The notes: generated by a model not told the origin, from the sequence alone. 64,000 bases of DNA from Octopus sinensis (GCF_006345805.1 NC_042999.1:66340001-66404000), one strand, 5' to 3'; shown: positions 28,464 through 41,572, numbered from the stretch's first letter. Program-made: numbers and translations.

Positions 28464-28730
28464 ATGTATATGCATCTAGACATATGTATGTATATATATA
28501 TATATATATAGCCACACATACATATATGTGCTTGAGTGTGTGTGTTTGAATGTGCGGTGAAACGTGTGTATGTGACTGTGTTTCTATGAGGAGAATTTCA
28601 AATCACCAGGGCCTGTTTTCAGAAAGCGGTGCCAGCAAAAATTGTAAGTCAACAATAGGCAATGATAATGATAATAATAGTAATAATAATAATAATAATA
28701 ATATAATAATAATAATAATAATAATATAAT

Positions 28731-28943
28731 AAGACACCGGGGACGTTTAAGATGTAAGAGAAGACACGGGGGACGTTTAAGATGTAAGAGAAGACACCGG
28801 GGACGTTTAAGATGTAAGAGGAAGACACCGGGGACGTTTAAGATGTAAGGGAAGACACCGGGGACGTTTAAGATGTAAGAGGAAGACACCGGGGACGTTT
28901 AAGATGTAAGAGGAAGACACCGGGGACGTTTAAGATGTAAGAA
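28731..28943 (+). repeat. Seven tandem 30-31-bp repeats at the 5' end of the Dong-like element
   Basis: Unit aagacaccggggacgtttaagatgtaagag(g), with no spacers, directly after (TAA)n. Confidence 0.95.
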
Positions 28944-29269
28944 GGAAAATACAGAGCTCCGAAATCTATCCACAAACATCGAAAACAAGGACACCCTATG
29001 GAGCCAAAGATTTACTAACAAAGAATTGGACTATATCCGAGTAAGTAATACGAATTGAAATTTATTACTATTTTCGAAACGAAAAGATGTATTTTGACTC
29101 GATATTATCTCCACCTCTAACACAACACATGTAAACATGCGTGGAACAACACGATCATCCCCGACCTCAAACACCATGTACAAAGGAACTACGAAGAATT
29201 AAATGCCACCGATACTATTCAACCCAAGAATAACAATCGAGCGGTACGTACATTAACCTACAACAAAAA

Positions 29270-32200
29270 ATGTACGAAAAACTACACGTGCGAAATAATG
29301 TGACAACAGAAATAAACGGACCGGTACCCTACGAAAATGACGACCGTCAAAATAATGGGCCGGACGTTGTACCTCATGTCCCGCAATTAAAACCCAAAAG
29401 ACGTAAATGGACACGTGAGGAATACATTTCTATCTTACACGCATACTTCACAGCAATGCTCTACCCACAAAATGAAAATACAACAACACATACATATAAA
29501 ATATGGAAGGAAAATAATAGAGATATAGACTTGGATACAGCAATGAACCCTAATAAATTAGCTAACGTACGAAGATACATTCTCAAAGCCAAAAAAATAT
29601 CAGAAATAGAAATAGAACATTTAAAAGAAAAAATACACCAGGAAAATGTAGATAGAAGCCACACAACAATGCCCAATAATATAAACACTGAAACTGTAAA
29701 ACACGAAGACAAACGCAACATTCCCAACAAATACGATGTAAACAACGAAGGGGAGCCTAATGATTATGATAATATAAAAAATAAAATAATCAAAGAACTG
29801 AAAACCACAGAGCTCAAAATGGACCACCGACCATACCTCCCAAGAATAAAAATAAACGCAATAACAACACCAATTATAAACAACATAAACCTAGCCGTCA
29901 CTGAACTAGCCACTGAAACAAAAAAAGTGATATCACTGAGCTAAATGACTTGATATACGCAGCAGCCACTGCAGCCACAAAAGAAGCCGGATACTCACCC
30001 AAACCCGCCCAAACAGGAGTACCACCACCCAAACAAACCCTGTGGATAAATAACATCCAAAACAAAATAAAAAAAAATTAGAAAAGACCTGTCGATTCTT
30101 AATGAAATCAGCAAACAAGCAACGCTACTGAGCAACAAAAAGAGAACAAAAATGCTCCGCAAATATAACATCACAGAAAAAGATTTGCCGGAGATAAAAG
30201 AAAAGCTGAAGCAAGATATCCTTGCCAAAGCTCAAAGGATCCGCCGGTACGAGAAACGCCAACGCTTCTTTGAACAGAACAAAAAGTTCAACTCCGACCC
30301 CAAAAAGTTCTACCAAGAACTGGGCAAAAATAAAATAGAAGTCACTGCAGCACCAACGGCAGAAGAATTGGAAGAATTCTGGAAAGAAATATGGTCGGCG
30401 AACGAACAGCCAAAAAAAAGAAGTATGAAAATAACCAACTCGGCATCTGAACAACTTTGGACCCCCATAACAACTGAAGAGGTCACCCAGGCACTGCAAA
30501 AACTAAGCAACTGGAAGGCACCTGGGCATGACAAGATCCCCAACTTCTGGTTGAAATATCTAACAGGAATGCACAAAAAGCTGGCTGAAAACTTTAACAG
30601 CATACTAGCAGAGCCAGAGACAATGCCTGAATGGCTCACGAAGGGGAAAACCATCTTAATTCCCAAATCAAATGAAACAACAAAACCAGAAAACTACAGA
30701 CCAATAACCTGCCTCCCTACTATGTTCAAGGCATTTACTGCAGTGATATCGCAAAGGCTGAACAAGCACCTGGACGAAAACAAACTGTTCCCAGAAGAGC
30801 AGAAAGGATGCCGCAAGGGCTCATATGGCTGTAAAGATCAACTAATGATTAATAAAGCCGTAACTGAAGACAGCCACAGAAAGAAGAAAGGCCTCAGTAT
30901 GGCCTGGATTTACTACAAAAAGGCGTTTGATAGCATCCTCCACACATGGATCCTCGAAACACTAGCCATTAACAAAGTAGCACCAACAATCATAAAATTC
31001 ATAGAGCACTCTATGAATAAATGGCAAACAGTCCTACACCTCCAAACAAAAGAGGGACTCATGAAAACCAAAGACATCCCCATTAGAAGAGGAATATTCC
31101 AGGGAGACACGCTCTCTCCACTCCTTTTCTGCTTGGCACTGTCACCTCTATCTGATATGCTAAATAGAACTGGATGCGGATATAAATGTTACGGCAAAAC
31201 GATCAGCCACCTTTTATATATGGATGACCTAAAACTATACGCTGCAAATGACAAACAGCTGGAAACACTATTAAAGACAGTTCATGGATTTACCAAAGAA
31301 ATAGATATGAAATTTGGATTAGAAAAATGCGCCAAAGTAACCATGAAAAGAGGAAAACTAGTTAAGAGTAACAACATCACACTAGATAAAACCAATGAAA
31401 TAAAAGAATTAGACCAAAGCCAAACTTACAAATACTTAGGAATCCATGAACTAGATAAGACACAACACACACAAATGAAAGAGAAAATAAAAAAAGAATA
31501 TTATAGACGAGTTAGATCAATACTAAAAACAGAGCTCCATGCTAAAAACAAGATAATAGGTATCAACACTTTAGCTGTCCCAGTTATAAGTTACAGCTAC
31601 AATATCCTTAACTGGACACGAAATGAACTGTCCAAAATAGATAGGAAAACAAGAAAAATACTGACAGGATCTAGGATGCATCACCCAAAATCTGACATAG
31701 AAAGACTATATATACAACGTATAGAAGGTGGTAGAGGCCTTATACAACTGGAAAACTACTATAAAATAACCACCATAGGCCTGCAAAAATACCTACTTCA
31801 GAAGGAAGGAAAACTGATCCAGATAGCAGCAAAACACGAGCAAAACAAAAAACTGTTCTCAGTATTTAAGGAAGCTGACAAATACAAACAAGAAATCATA
31901 CCACCTAATAAACACAAAGAAGAAGAAGAAGATGATGAAGAAACAACAAAAGCTATAAAACAAATGAAATCCAAACTAAAAATAGAACAGCAACGAGCCA
32001 TGATAAAACGATGGCAAGAAAAGCCCCTTCATGGTAAATACTGCACTAAACTAAACGCAAAAGAAATAGACAAAGAAAAATCCCAGCAATGGTTGAGAAG
32101 CTCAGGACTCAAAGCAGAAACAGAGGGATTTTTAATTGCAGCACAAGATCAAAGCCTCCCCACCAGAAATTACCAAAAACATGTAATGAAAAGAAATATT

Positions 32201-32778
32201 ACAAGTAACTGCAGAATATGTGGAGATGGACAAGAAACAATAAATCATATTATCTCTAGCTGCCCAGTCCTGGCTAAGAAGGAATATATTCACAGACATG
32301 ACAGAGTTGGAACCTACATACATTGGAAGCTATGCCAACATTATGGAATAACAACAGAAAAAAGATGGTATAGGCACACACCAGAAAAGGTCACAGAAAA
32401 CGAGAAAGCAACCATACTCTGGGATATGCCGATACACACAGATAGAGAAATTAAGGCCAACAGACCAGATATAGTTGTCAGAGATCATGAAGAAAAAAAT
32501 GCTTTCTAATTGATGTATCAATACCGGCAGATGACAACGTGTCTCTAAAAGAAATGGAGAAACTCTCAAAATACAAAGACCTGGAAATAGAGGTAACTAG
32601 AATGTGGAACCTGAAAACAGAAACAATTCCTATCATAGTAGGTGCATTAGGCATGATAAAAAAATATTCAGACAAATGCATAACAAAAACACCAGGACTT
32701 ACAAACACATATAACATACAGAAAATTGCACTACTAGGCACTGCACACATCCTACGCAGAACACTTTCCATACAATAA
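29270..32778 (+). pseudogene. Disrupted RT-RLE polyprotein of the Dong-like element
   Basis: ORF pieces 29270-29944, 30152-32509 and 32539-32778, with a stop at 29942-44 and frameshifts in A-runs near 30070 and 32495. Confidence 0.88.
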
Positions 32779-32919
32779 CCATCAGAGCATCACAACAAAT
32801 CACAGCACATACCCAAGGCACACAGAGCTGCGGTCGGTAGTGAAGTGAAAGCACGCTATAAAAATAAAACTACTGAATAACAATAATAATAATAATAATA
32901 ATAACAACAACAACAACAG

Positions 32920-33273
32920 CAATACCGGCAGATTACAACGTGTCTCTAAAAGAAATGGAGAAACTTTCAAAATCCAAAGACCTGGAAATAGAGGTAACCA
33001 GAATGTGGAATCTAAAAACAGAAACAATCCCTATCATAGTAGGTGCATTAGGCATGATAAAAAAATATTCAGACAAATACATAACAAAAACACCAGGACT
33101 TACAAACACATATAACATACAGAAAATTGCACTACTAGGCACTGCACACATCCTACGCAGAACACTTTCCATACAATAACCATCAGAGCATCACAACAAA
33201 TCACAGCACATACCCAAGGCACACAGAGCTACGCTCGGTAGTGAAGTGAAAGCATGCTATAAAAATAAAACTA

Positions 33274-33276
<3 letters not shown>
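32920..33276 (+). mobile_element. 5'-truncated second copy of the same Dong-like family
   Basis: Repeats the last ~360 bp of the preceding element with about 11 substitutions counted by eye; followed by (TAA)n to ~33365. Confidence 0.9.
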
Positions 33277-33366
<90 letters not shown>

Positions 33367-33374
33367 GTTTCAAC

Positions 33375-33558
33375 GTTCAGCACAAGCCCAGCAATTTCAG
33401 AGAAGTGGGTATGTCCACGATTTCGACCTCAGTACTCAACTGGTATTTATTTTATCGCTAAGTCAACTTAAGCTTATTTTGAACTCAGCACAGAAAGATG
33501 GATGAAACGCTGCTGAGAATTTTGTTGAGCGCGGAAACGATTCTGCCAGTTGGTCACT
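33375..33558 (-). mobile_element. Decayed tRNA-derived SINE
   Basis: cgacctcagtactcaactggtatttattttatcg and ttctgccagttggtcac match the reverse of the 24554 family. Confidence 0.6.
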
Positions 33559-33584
33559 TAAATAATATCATAAATATAATAATC

Positions 33585-35325
33585 ATTATTTCTTTTATTT
33601 GCCACCGGGGCGAAGATTGAGGGTAATAATACAAAGACAGACATAAATTGTCGGCGGTTTACATATAATGGAATACAATAAACAAAGGAGGGAATTATAC
33701 TTAGTATACAACAGTAAGAAAGAAGATCATAGTGATTTGGTGCTTCATCTTCAGGAGGACTTCTAGGGATAATCGAAAAAAAAACTGCTGTCGAAGATCC
33801 CCATGAACACCAAGGGCAATTCCCTTGTCCAATTTCCCTTCTCCCCAACTCACAGGTCCACACTTAGAGTGGTACCATCCACTTTTCCTACTTTCACAAC
33901 TTCAACTCACCTTTCAATAAATTCACTCCTGGACAGCACCTCTCTCTCCAACCTCATTTTCCTTTTCAAGTGTCATTTGAAAACGTTGATGAAGATTCTA
34001 TCAAAGAGGAATGCATCTGTCTTCATGCCTTTCAACATTGTGCACCAGACAACATTTTTCTCCACGGCTACCAGGCAAAGGAAAACTGTCTTACCTTCCC
34101 GAATAAAGGAGGATAGTGGAGCAATCATAAGTATGTTCTTGGCCCATAGACGGATTCGTCCAACACTTGACAGCAGCTGTTTGACATAACCTCACAAGTT
34201 AGCAATACCCGGACACTGAACGAGTGCGTGCAGTATGGTTTCGTTGCTTGTCGCGCACCTCGGAAACGCTTGTATGACAGCACATAGGTGCGTATAGAGT
34301 TTATCTTCAACAGGTAGTGTTCCTCCGGTAGCACTACCAGGCCAAAAATATCTAGAATCTATCCATGATTGATTTCGACCGAAATTCTTTCGGAACAGAC
34401 TAGTTAGTTCGTTTTCACCGACGCTTGAATGACACTGCACTTCCTCTCCACTAATCCTCTATAAGTTGCTAAAACGGAACACCACCTACGGCATTGTCTG
34501 ACTGATTAGAGGGCTGTGAGCATCTGACGGCATTCTAGGTGTAAAGCACCCAGTCTTGGTATGTTCTTCACCACGGACTGCAGCTCTGTCAAGGACTGGA
34601 GCTGCGGAAAGACGTGCATCACAAACGGAACCCACACACAGCCGACGTCCATAAATCATTGCAGGTGTCACATCCTAAGAGCGTGCCTGCGCAATAGATA
34701 CCATGACATACTAATCCGTCACTCAGAGGGTGCTAGCAGCAGATTGACCGTCTGCCCATTGGCATGCGACTCTTCCCCGCGAAATAAAATGTGAGACGCT
34801 CCGACCTGTTCAAGCATTAACCAGAGTAAGGCACGACGATGAGGCGATAAATGATAACAGAAGCGATGTAGGTATTGGCCTCCTGTGCTTGAACTTTCAG
34901 GGGCACTTCCTTTCAGCACATTTCTGGTAAGTCTGGCCGCCCTATTTGTTACCCCGTTCCAGTTTGTACCCACTTGAATGTCGAGAACAGACCTGAACCC
35001 GAGCAGTTTAATTGGTCCTTAGCCCAGCGTCCGACGGTATCGATCGGTTTCTCCAAACTCCCAATCACAAACTCACCGATTTGTCGGCATTGAGATTTAG
35101 GCCCTGCCACTGACTCACACTCTTCTAGAATGATGCCGACTTTCTCCACTACGGAGGCAAGCGACACCATGACAGTGACGCCGTCCGTGTACGCCAGCAC
35201 TGGTCTCCTGTATCCCAGTCGAAAGAGATGCCACTTAACTCTTTCAGCATCTGCAGCAGTAAGTCGAGAAGCAATAATTTTAGAAGAGGCGCCAGCAGCC
35301 AACACTAACGGATCAAGCATATGAA
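33585..35325 (-). mobile_element. 5'-truncated Tx1/L1-like LINE (RT C-terminal half, zinc finger, 3'UTR)
   Basis: Minus-strand pieces VTVMVSLASVVEKVG.., WNGVTNRAARLTR and CPRCATSNETILHALVQCP, homologous to the 44.1-45.1 kb element. Tail cgccccggtggcaaataaaagaaata. Confidence 0.8.
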
Positions 35326-36684
35326 TGACACAAGATGGAAGTTGTCATGCATAGACCTGTTCCTGATTGTTCATGTTTTATGAAGTTGCTTCTTCACTCA
35401 CCTTTTAGCGAATGTAGCTTTGATCAGAATTTATTCAAAGAAATCTCTCTTCACTATTCCCATTTCTCTTCAGAGACGTTTAGTCTCTTTTCTGTATTCC
35501 CATTTCTCATTACAAATATTGAAAGTACTAGATCTGTGTGACTGTATACTCAAATATAGAAATATAGAGGGTAGCAAGAAAAGGCAACAAAGATATTAAA
35601 ATTAATAGAAGATAAGTAAGAACCAATAAACGGTGGCATTGAGAACAAAAGAAAGACATGAAAGGACGAATGAATGATAAACTTAAGGAAGAAAATGTTT
35701 GACTTCATGTTCCTGATGTTGTCTTAAAAGATCGGCTAATTCGTTTTAAATTTCTGGCTAATAGAATAGTCTCATAATTCAAATGAGCAAACGCGTTCTT
35801 TGACTTGCTTTGAAATAGTGTTGGGAAGGAAAGTTTTCAAAAAAACATTTTAATATACACGAATTAATAATTTAAGGTCTACTCTTTTCGTTTCTAAAGC
35901 AATATTGCTCCTAATTACGGTTATAATTTAATTAAATACTAATAACTACTAGTGTTGTATTAGTCAAAGTCAAAATGTTCTCGTAATCACTTTTACTACC
36001 CAATTTCAAAAACAAATTTCGTTAGGATAAAATATTTTTATTGGTTTCAATTAAAATATTGATGTCGAAATATATTCCACTTTAAAATCTAAGTTTACGT
36101 AGTCGTATTTCATTTGGAGTACACTAAAAATGAGAATGCTAATTTGAAGGAAAATTCTGTGGAATTAATTAAAACAGGTAATTTTGATCTGCTTTAAATG
36201 TACTAAATCCCCGATTGACAGAATGGCATATTATGTAATGGCGAGATACACGAACAACTTTTCAATATGCGTAAGCCGGTGATATATTAAAATATTACAC
36301 AATTAATATAATTTTGATATGACAAACACGGTTATATGCTATAAAATGTGCTTCAATACATAAATAGCTACATTTCTCGGAGCGTCTAAACAAACTACGG
36401 AATGTACTTATCTGTATCTATACAAAATCATTTTCATTTTTGTTTTCCATTGTTTATTGTACAATCTTCTTTGTATATAGATAGATACGTAGATAGATAG
36501 ATAGGTAGATAGAAAGATAGAGAGAGAGAGAGAGAGAGATAGAGAGAGAGGGAGAGATGATTGAACTACGTAATTATTTCGGTTTATGAAATATTTTCAT
36601 ATTCCCCGCTCTCTCTATCTCTTTCTTTCTTTCTCTTTCTATTGCTCTCTTTCTCTCTCTCTCTTCCCCCCTCTCTCTCTCTCT

Positions 36685-36720
<36 letters not shown>

Positions 36721-36725
<5 letters not shown>

Positions 36726-38452
36726 AAAATAAATATAAGAGAATGGTCACTATGTGGCTCATTCCAGCACTAGAAAATCCAAAAGGTTTCAACCACAAAA
36801 ATACATGTTTCCTATGAAAGTCAGTACGATTTTTAGCTCACACGAACAGGGCAAATAAAAAATAACAAAAATGCAGATTATTTTGGGACAATTGTTTCGC
36901 TATTAATGAATTAAATGTAATTTTACTTACAAAAAACCCACTTGTAGCTCCTCAGCCAAAACTATCTGGATGAAATCCACTGAATCACACGCCAGATTTT
37001 ACCATAACGATAAATACACGTGTGGTTCAATTGATTACATCCGACGTTATAATTCAAATGCCCTTACCAACAGCGCGCCAAACTTTCACGGAAACAAATA
37101 CTACATTTAGAAATAAATGTAGCATAATTATAATTAATTAATAAGGGTGAGAGAATTAGATACTAATTTAATAGCATATCTATTCAACACCAAGTGGCCC
37201 AGTGCCTCGAGAAACCTGGATTATTATAATTTTTATAATATATTATAATATTATTATAATATTATTATAATATATTATAAAATATTATAATAATCCAGGT
37301 TTCTCGAGGCACTGGGCCACTTGGTGTTGAATAGATATGCTATAAATTAGTATCTAATTCTCTCACCCTTATTAATTAATTATAATTATGCTACATTTAT
37401 TTCTAAATGTAGTATTTGTTTCCGTGAAAGTTTGGCGCGCTGTTGGTAAGGGCATTTGAATTATAACGTCGGATGTAATCAATTGAACCACACGTGTATT
37501 TATCGTTATGGTAAAATCTGGCGTGTGATTGATTGGATTTCATCCAGATAGTTTTGGCTGAGGAGCTACAAGTGGGTTTTTTGTAAGTAAAATTACATTT
37601 AATTCATTAATAGCGAAACAATTGTCCCAAAATAATCTGTATTTTTGTTATTTTTTATTTGCCCTGTTCGTGTGAGCTAACAATCGTACTGACTTTCATA
37701 GGAAACATGTATTTTTGTGGTTGAAACCTTTTGGATTTTCTAGTGCTAGAATGAGCCACATAGTGACCATTCTCTTATATTTATTTTTGTATAAAATATT
37801 ATAATATATTATAAAATATTATAATAATCCAGGTCTCTCGAGGCACTGGGCCACTTGGTGTTGAATAGATATGCTATTAAATTAGTATCTAATTCTCTCA
37901 CCCTTATTAATTAATTATAATTATGCTACATTATTTCTAAATGTAGTATTTGTTTCCGTGAAAGTTTGGCGCGCTGTTGGTAAGGGCATTTGAATTATAA
38001 CGTCGGATGTAATCAATTGAACCACACGTGTATTTATCGTTATGGTAAAATCTGGCGTGTGATTGAGTGGATTTCATCCAGATAGTTTTGGCTGAGGAGC
38101 TACAAGTGGGTTTTTTGTAAGTAAAATTACATTTAATTCATTAATAGCGAAACAATTGTCCCAAAATAACCTGTATTTTTGTTATTTTTTATTTGCCCTG
38201 TTCGTGTGAGCTAACAATCGTACTGACTTTGATAGGAAACATGTATTTTTGTGGTTGAAAACTTTTGGATTTTCTAGTGCTAGAATGAGCCACATAGTGA
38301 CCATTCTCTTATATTTGTTTTTGTATAAAATATTATAATATATTATAAAATATTATAATAATCCAGGTTTCTCGAGGCACTGGGCCACTTGGTGTTGAAT
38401 AGATATGCTATTAAATTAGTATCTAATTCTCTCACCCTTATTAATTAATTAT
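36721..38452. repeat. Inverted-plus-tandem amplicon of a 534-bp unit
   Basis: Forward copy 36721-~37250, then a reverse-complement copy, a second reverse copy and a partial third (ccagg anchor at 37295, 37829 and 38363). (TA)n at both outer ends. Confidence 0.92.
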
Positions 38453-39113
38453 ATATATATATATATATATTTCTCCTTGTAATCGATAAGGAAATATCCA
38501 GCATTTCTCATCATTGAACAAAGTATATATTACCTTCCCTGGGAAGATCATAAATAATTCTTGCGCTTAGTGTGTGAAATATCTATCTCCATTTCTCATT
38601 GAAATAGCAACAATATTGAGGGATTCTAGAAGTTTGCCTAAAAAGCGTAGTTACAGTATAAGAGTGATATAACACTCCTTTAATCTACTCACAAAAACTA
38701 ATCATTAGAATTAGCTTCTTTCACGATATGCTGCTGTTAACCACAAAATGAGGTGTGCTAGTCCACATATAGACTCATTGCCTTTCCAGCATTGTTTTCT
38801 AATGAAATATTCAGAAAATACATTATCATAGATTCACAAGTGTTCTCTTCTACGGCGATACGGTATGAGTGAGAAGATTTACTTCACCATCTATAATGCT
38901 ATATCATCTAGTACATTTTTCGTCCTAAAAACTGCGTTGCTATGTCTATTTCTTATGCGCTTGACGTCCGATATGTTATTTAAAATTTTCATGTCATACA
39001 AATGGCTATTTCTTATGGACTTGCTCTGCATTTAATATCGAAGAGTAATCCTTGAGCTGCGTTGCATTACTTTTAAGACACACGCATGTCGTAACACACA
39101 TATATACATACAT

Positions 39114-39158
<45 letters not shown>

Positions 39159-39263
39159 TATGTGTTGTAATATATATATGTACGTATGTTCATATGTGTA
39201 GTAATATATATATATATCTATAAACATATTCATATATATATATATATATATTCATATGTATAG

Positions 39264-39319
<56 letters not shown>

Positions 39320-39821
39320 TTATGTATATACGTGTGTGCGTATGTGTGTGTGAATATATCAATTTATTTCAAAGACAATGAACACGTCACATCATTTCAT
39401 AGACCTTCACACATTTCATGCGTATGTGTTGTTCCAATATTCTCCTAAGCTTCAACGGAATGTTGACAATGTGCCAACGCTTTCTTCATATTTATTTCAC
39501 TATCTACACGTTTTCAATAACATGCAGTTAATTTTCATGCGTTGGAAAGCAACGTCAAATCTTTATATAAATATTGAGCGTGTCCATAAACATTAACCGT
39601 GATATTAGCTCCAGTTTATTTTTTTAACACACCACATAGTCTGTACATTTTAGGGAAAATATAAACATGGAATTGTGACATTTGCAAAATGTTTTCATGT
39701 TCATATAATTCCTATCCAGTTATAATTAATGTTTGATCCTGTCGAGGTATATAATCAATGATTATATCCATTCCAGATGTAAGCGCATCGCCATTTTATA
39801 AGCTATAATATATCTTCTATA

Positions 39822-40405
39822 TTCTTTTCTACTCTAGGCACAAGGCCTGAAATTTATGGGGAGGGTGCCAGTCGATTATATCGACTTCAGTACGCACATG
39901 CTACTTAATTTATCGACCCCATAAAGGAGGAAAAGCAGAGTTGACCTCGTCGGAATTTGAACTCGGAACGTAGCGGCAGACGAAATACCCATTTCCTTAC
40001 TACCCACAAAGGGCTAAACACAAAGAGGACAAACAAGGACAGACAAACGGATTAAGTCGATTATATCGATCCCAGTACTTAACTGGTATTTATTTAATCG
40101 ACCCCGAAAGTAAGAAAGGCAAAGTCGACCACGGCGGAATTTGAAGTCAGAACGTAGCGGCAGACGAAATACCTATTTCTTTATTACCCACAAGGGGCTA
40201 AACACAGAGGGGACAAACAAGGACAGACATAGGTATTAAGTCGATTACATCGACCCCAGTGCGTAACTGGTACTTAATTTATCGACCCCGAAACGATGAA
40301 AGGCAAAGTCGACCTCGGCAGAATTTGAACTCACAACGTAACGCAGACGAAATACCGCTAAGCATATCACCCGGCGTGCTAGCGTTTCTGCCAGCTCACC
40401 GCCTT
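39822..40405 (-). mobile_element. Compound (trimeric) tRNA-derived SINE
   Basis: One head (ggcggtgagctggcagaaacgctagcac) followed by three cores each starting at ggtatttcgtctg. The first two cores end in a gcccct(t)gtgggtaataaagaaata-type tail and the last in a cctagagtagaaaagaata tail. Confidence 0.85.
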
Positions 40406-40414
40406 AATATATCT

Positions 40415-40600
40415 TCTATATTAAGACAGCGAGCTGTCAGAATGCATAGCAGCATTTCATTCGTCTTTAAGTTCTGAGTTCCAATACCCCCGAGGTTGAC
40501 TTTGCCTTTCTTCCTTTAGGGTACGATAAAATAAGTACCGCTTGAGCACTAGGGTGGATGCAGTCGGTTTCTTTCTTCTCCGAAATTGCTGGCCTTGTAC
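40415..40600 (+). mobile_element. Decayed tRNA-derived SINE
   Basis: gagttccaatacccccgaggttgactttgcctttc...ataagtacc matches the family core. Confidence 0.6.
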
Positions 40601-40690
40601 AAAACTTTGAAACCATCATCACACTTATTTTCACTTTTAACTCCATTAATATTATGTATGGCCTCTAATTTTTGCAATATTTCTGTCCTT

Positions 40691-41080
40691 ATTACCTCCG
40701 CCTTCGCTAAGACGGAGGTATTATTTACAGTTGTGTTTGTTTGTTTTTGTCCGCAGACAAGTTACCTCAAGAACCGCTGGGTGGATTCGGATGAAACATC
40801 CAGGGATGTTTGGCCACGTGACTGGCACGAGCTGATTAGATTTTGGGATCGAACCAGTACTGGACAAGGTTCTGGATTATTTTTCTATTTTTTAACTTAA
40901 TTTTTGAGAGCGGTCGTGTCCATTTTTAGTATTCTCGTTTGTGAGAGCAGTCGAGTTTATTTCAGATATTCTCATTTTAAAAATTATCTTCGGCTAATCA
41001 TTCAGAGGACTTTAGTGTTGCCTTGGCGTATGTCTACGCTCTATGAGTATTCTTGTTATAGTCACTATTGAGTCGCCTGC
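40691..41080 (+). mobile_element. Non-autonomous DNA element with 5' hairpin (Helentron/HINE- or Crypton-like; class uncertain)
   Basis: Starts attacctccgccttcgctaagacggaggtat (acctccg/cggaggt stem), followed by a gtttgtttgt tract. This layout is common in such non-autonomous elements. Confidence 0.45.
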
Positions 41081-41129
41081 ACTAAATAATCAAGGTGGTA
41101 TCAATCCACTTTCTCCTGAAAGGAGAAGT

Positions 41130-41572
41130 TGTGTTGTAACAAAATAAACCAGCAATTATCACATTCGAGAAAAGTTCAAGTTTACCTGAACTTTCAGAAT
41201 ATTATATTAAGAATGGATATGCAAGGAGTTTTGAGTGTCGCTGTTCACGAATGTCCATGGGTTCACCTAAGATGTTCCCCTCCGGAAAGTCTGGCCAGAA
41301 AGTCGCCTCACCGGCGAACGCACAACTTAGAGTTGATCTTTTATGGAAGACCAGCAGTCGCCCATGCATACCAGATTCCCCTCTTCACACCACAGATGTT
41401 ATCCAAGTGAGAGAAATGCAAATTCAAGGACAAGGACGAAAGGATTGTTGATCAATTTATATGGGGGTGTGCTCATAAAGAAGTCCAGAAACCTCTCATA
41501 GGTAAGAACGCTCTCCAGCTAATAGAAGCAGTAGACACTGCAAGAGCATTCGAAGCCACTACCAAGCAAATG
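41130..41572 (+). pseudogene. Ty3/Gypsy gag-like remnant
   Basis: Plus strand from ~41414 reads KCKFKDKDERIVDQFIWGCAHKEVQKPLIGKNALQLIEAVDTARAFEATTKQM, resembling the Gypsy gag C..F..DE...DQ.I.G...VQ..L...L.L..A...AR..EA..QM stretch. Confidence 0.55.

Larger units (their letters stand above)
28731..32876 (+). mobile_element. Near-full-length R4/Dong-clade non-LTR retrotransposon inserted in (TAA)n
   Basis: Single-ORF layout: Myb-like N-terminus (RRKWTREE), RT (GIFQGDTLSPLLF, LYMDD), CCHC (CRICGDGQETINHIISSC), RLE (RPDIVV..LIDVSIP..KEMEK). ~100-bp 3'UTR. TAA repeats on both sides. Confidence 0.92.

Noticed and set aside
28260-28510. Duplicated compound microsatellite block with core gtatatgcatctagacatatg
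   Set aside because: Explained by ordinary slippage or unequal exchange within (TA)n/(TG)n.
28731-28943. CRISPR-like array of ~30-bp repeats
   Set aside because: The units are directly adjacent with no unique spacers, there are no cas genes, and the context is eukaryotic.
29461-33383. Multiple minus-strand ORFs over the Dong-like element
   Set aside because: They are antisense shadows of the A-rich LINE coding strand.
37555-37600. CTGAGGA followed by a tacaa/ttgta stem in the 534-bp unit, suggesting a retrozyme hammerhead
   Set aside because: No GAAA follows the stem and helices I and III cannot be built.
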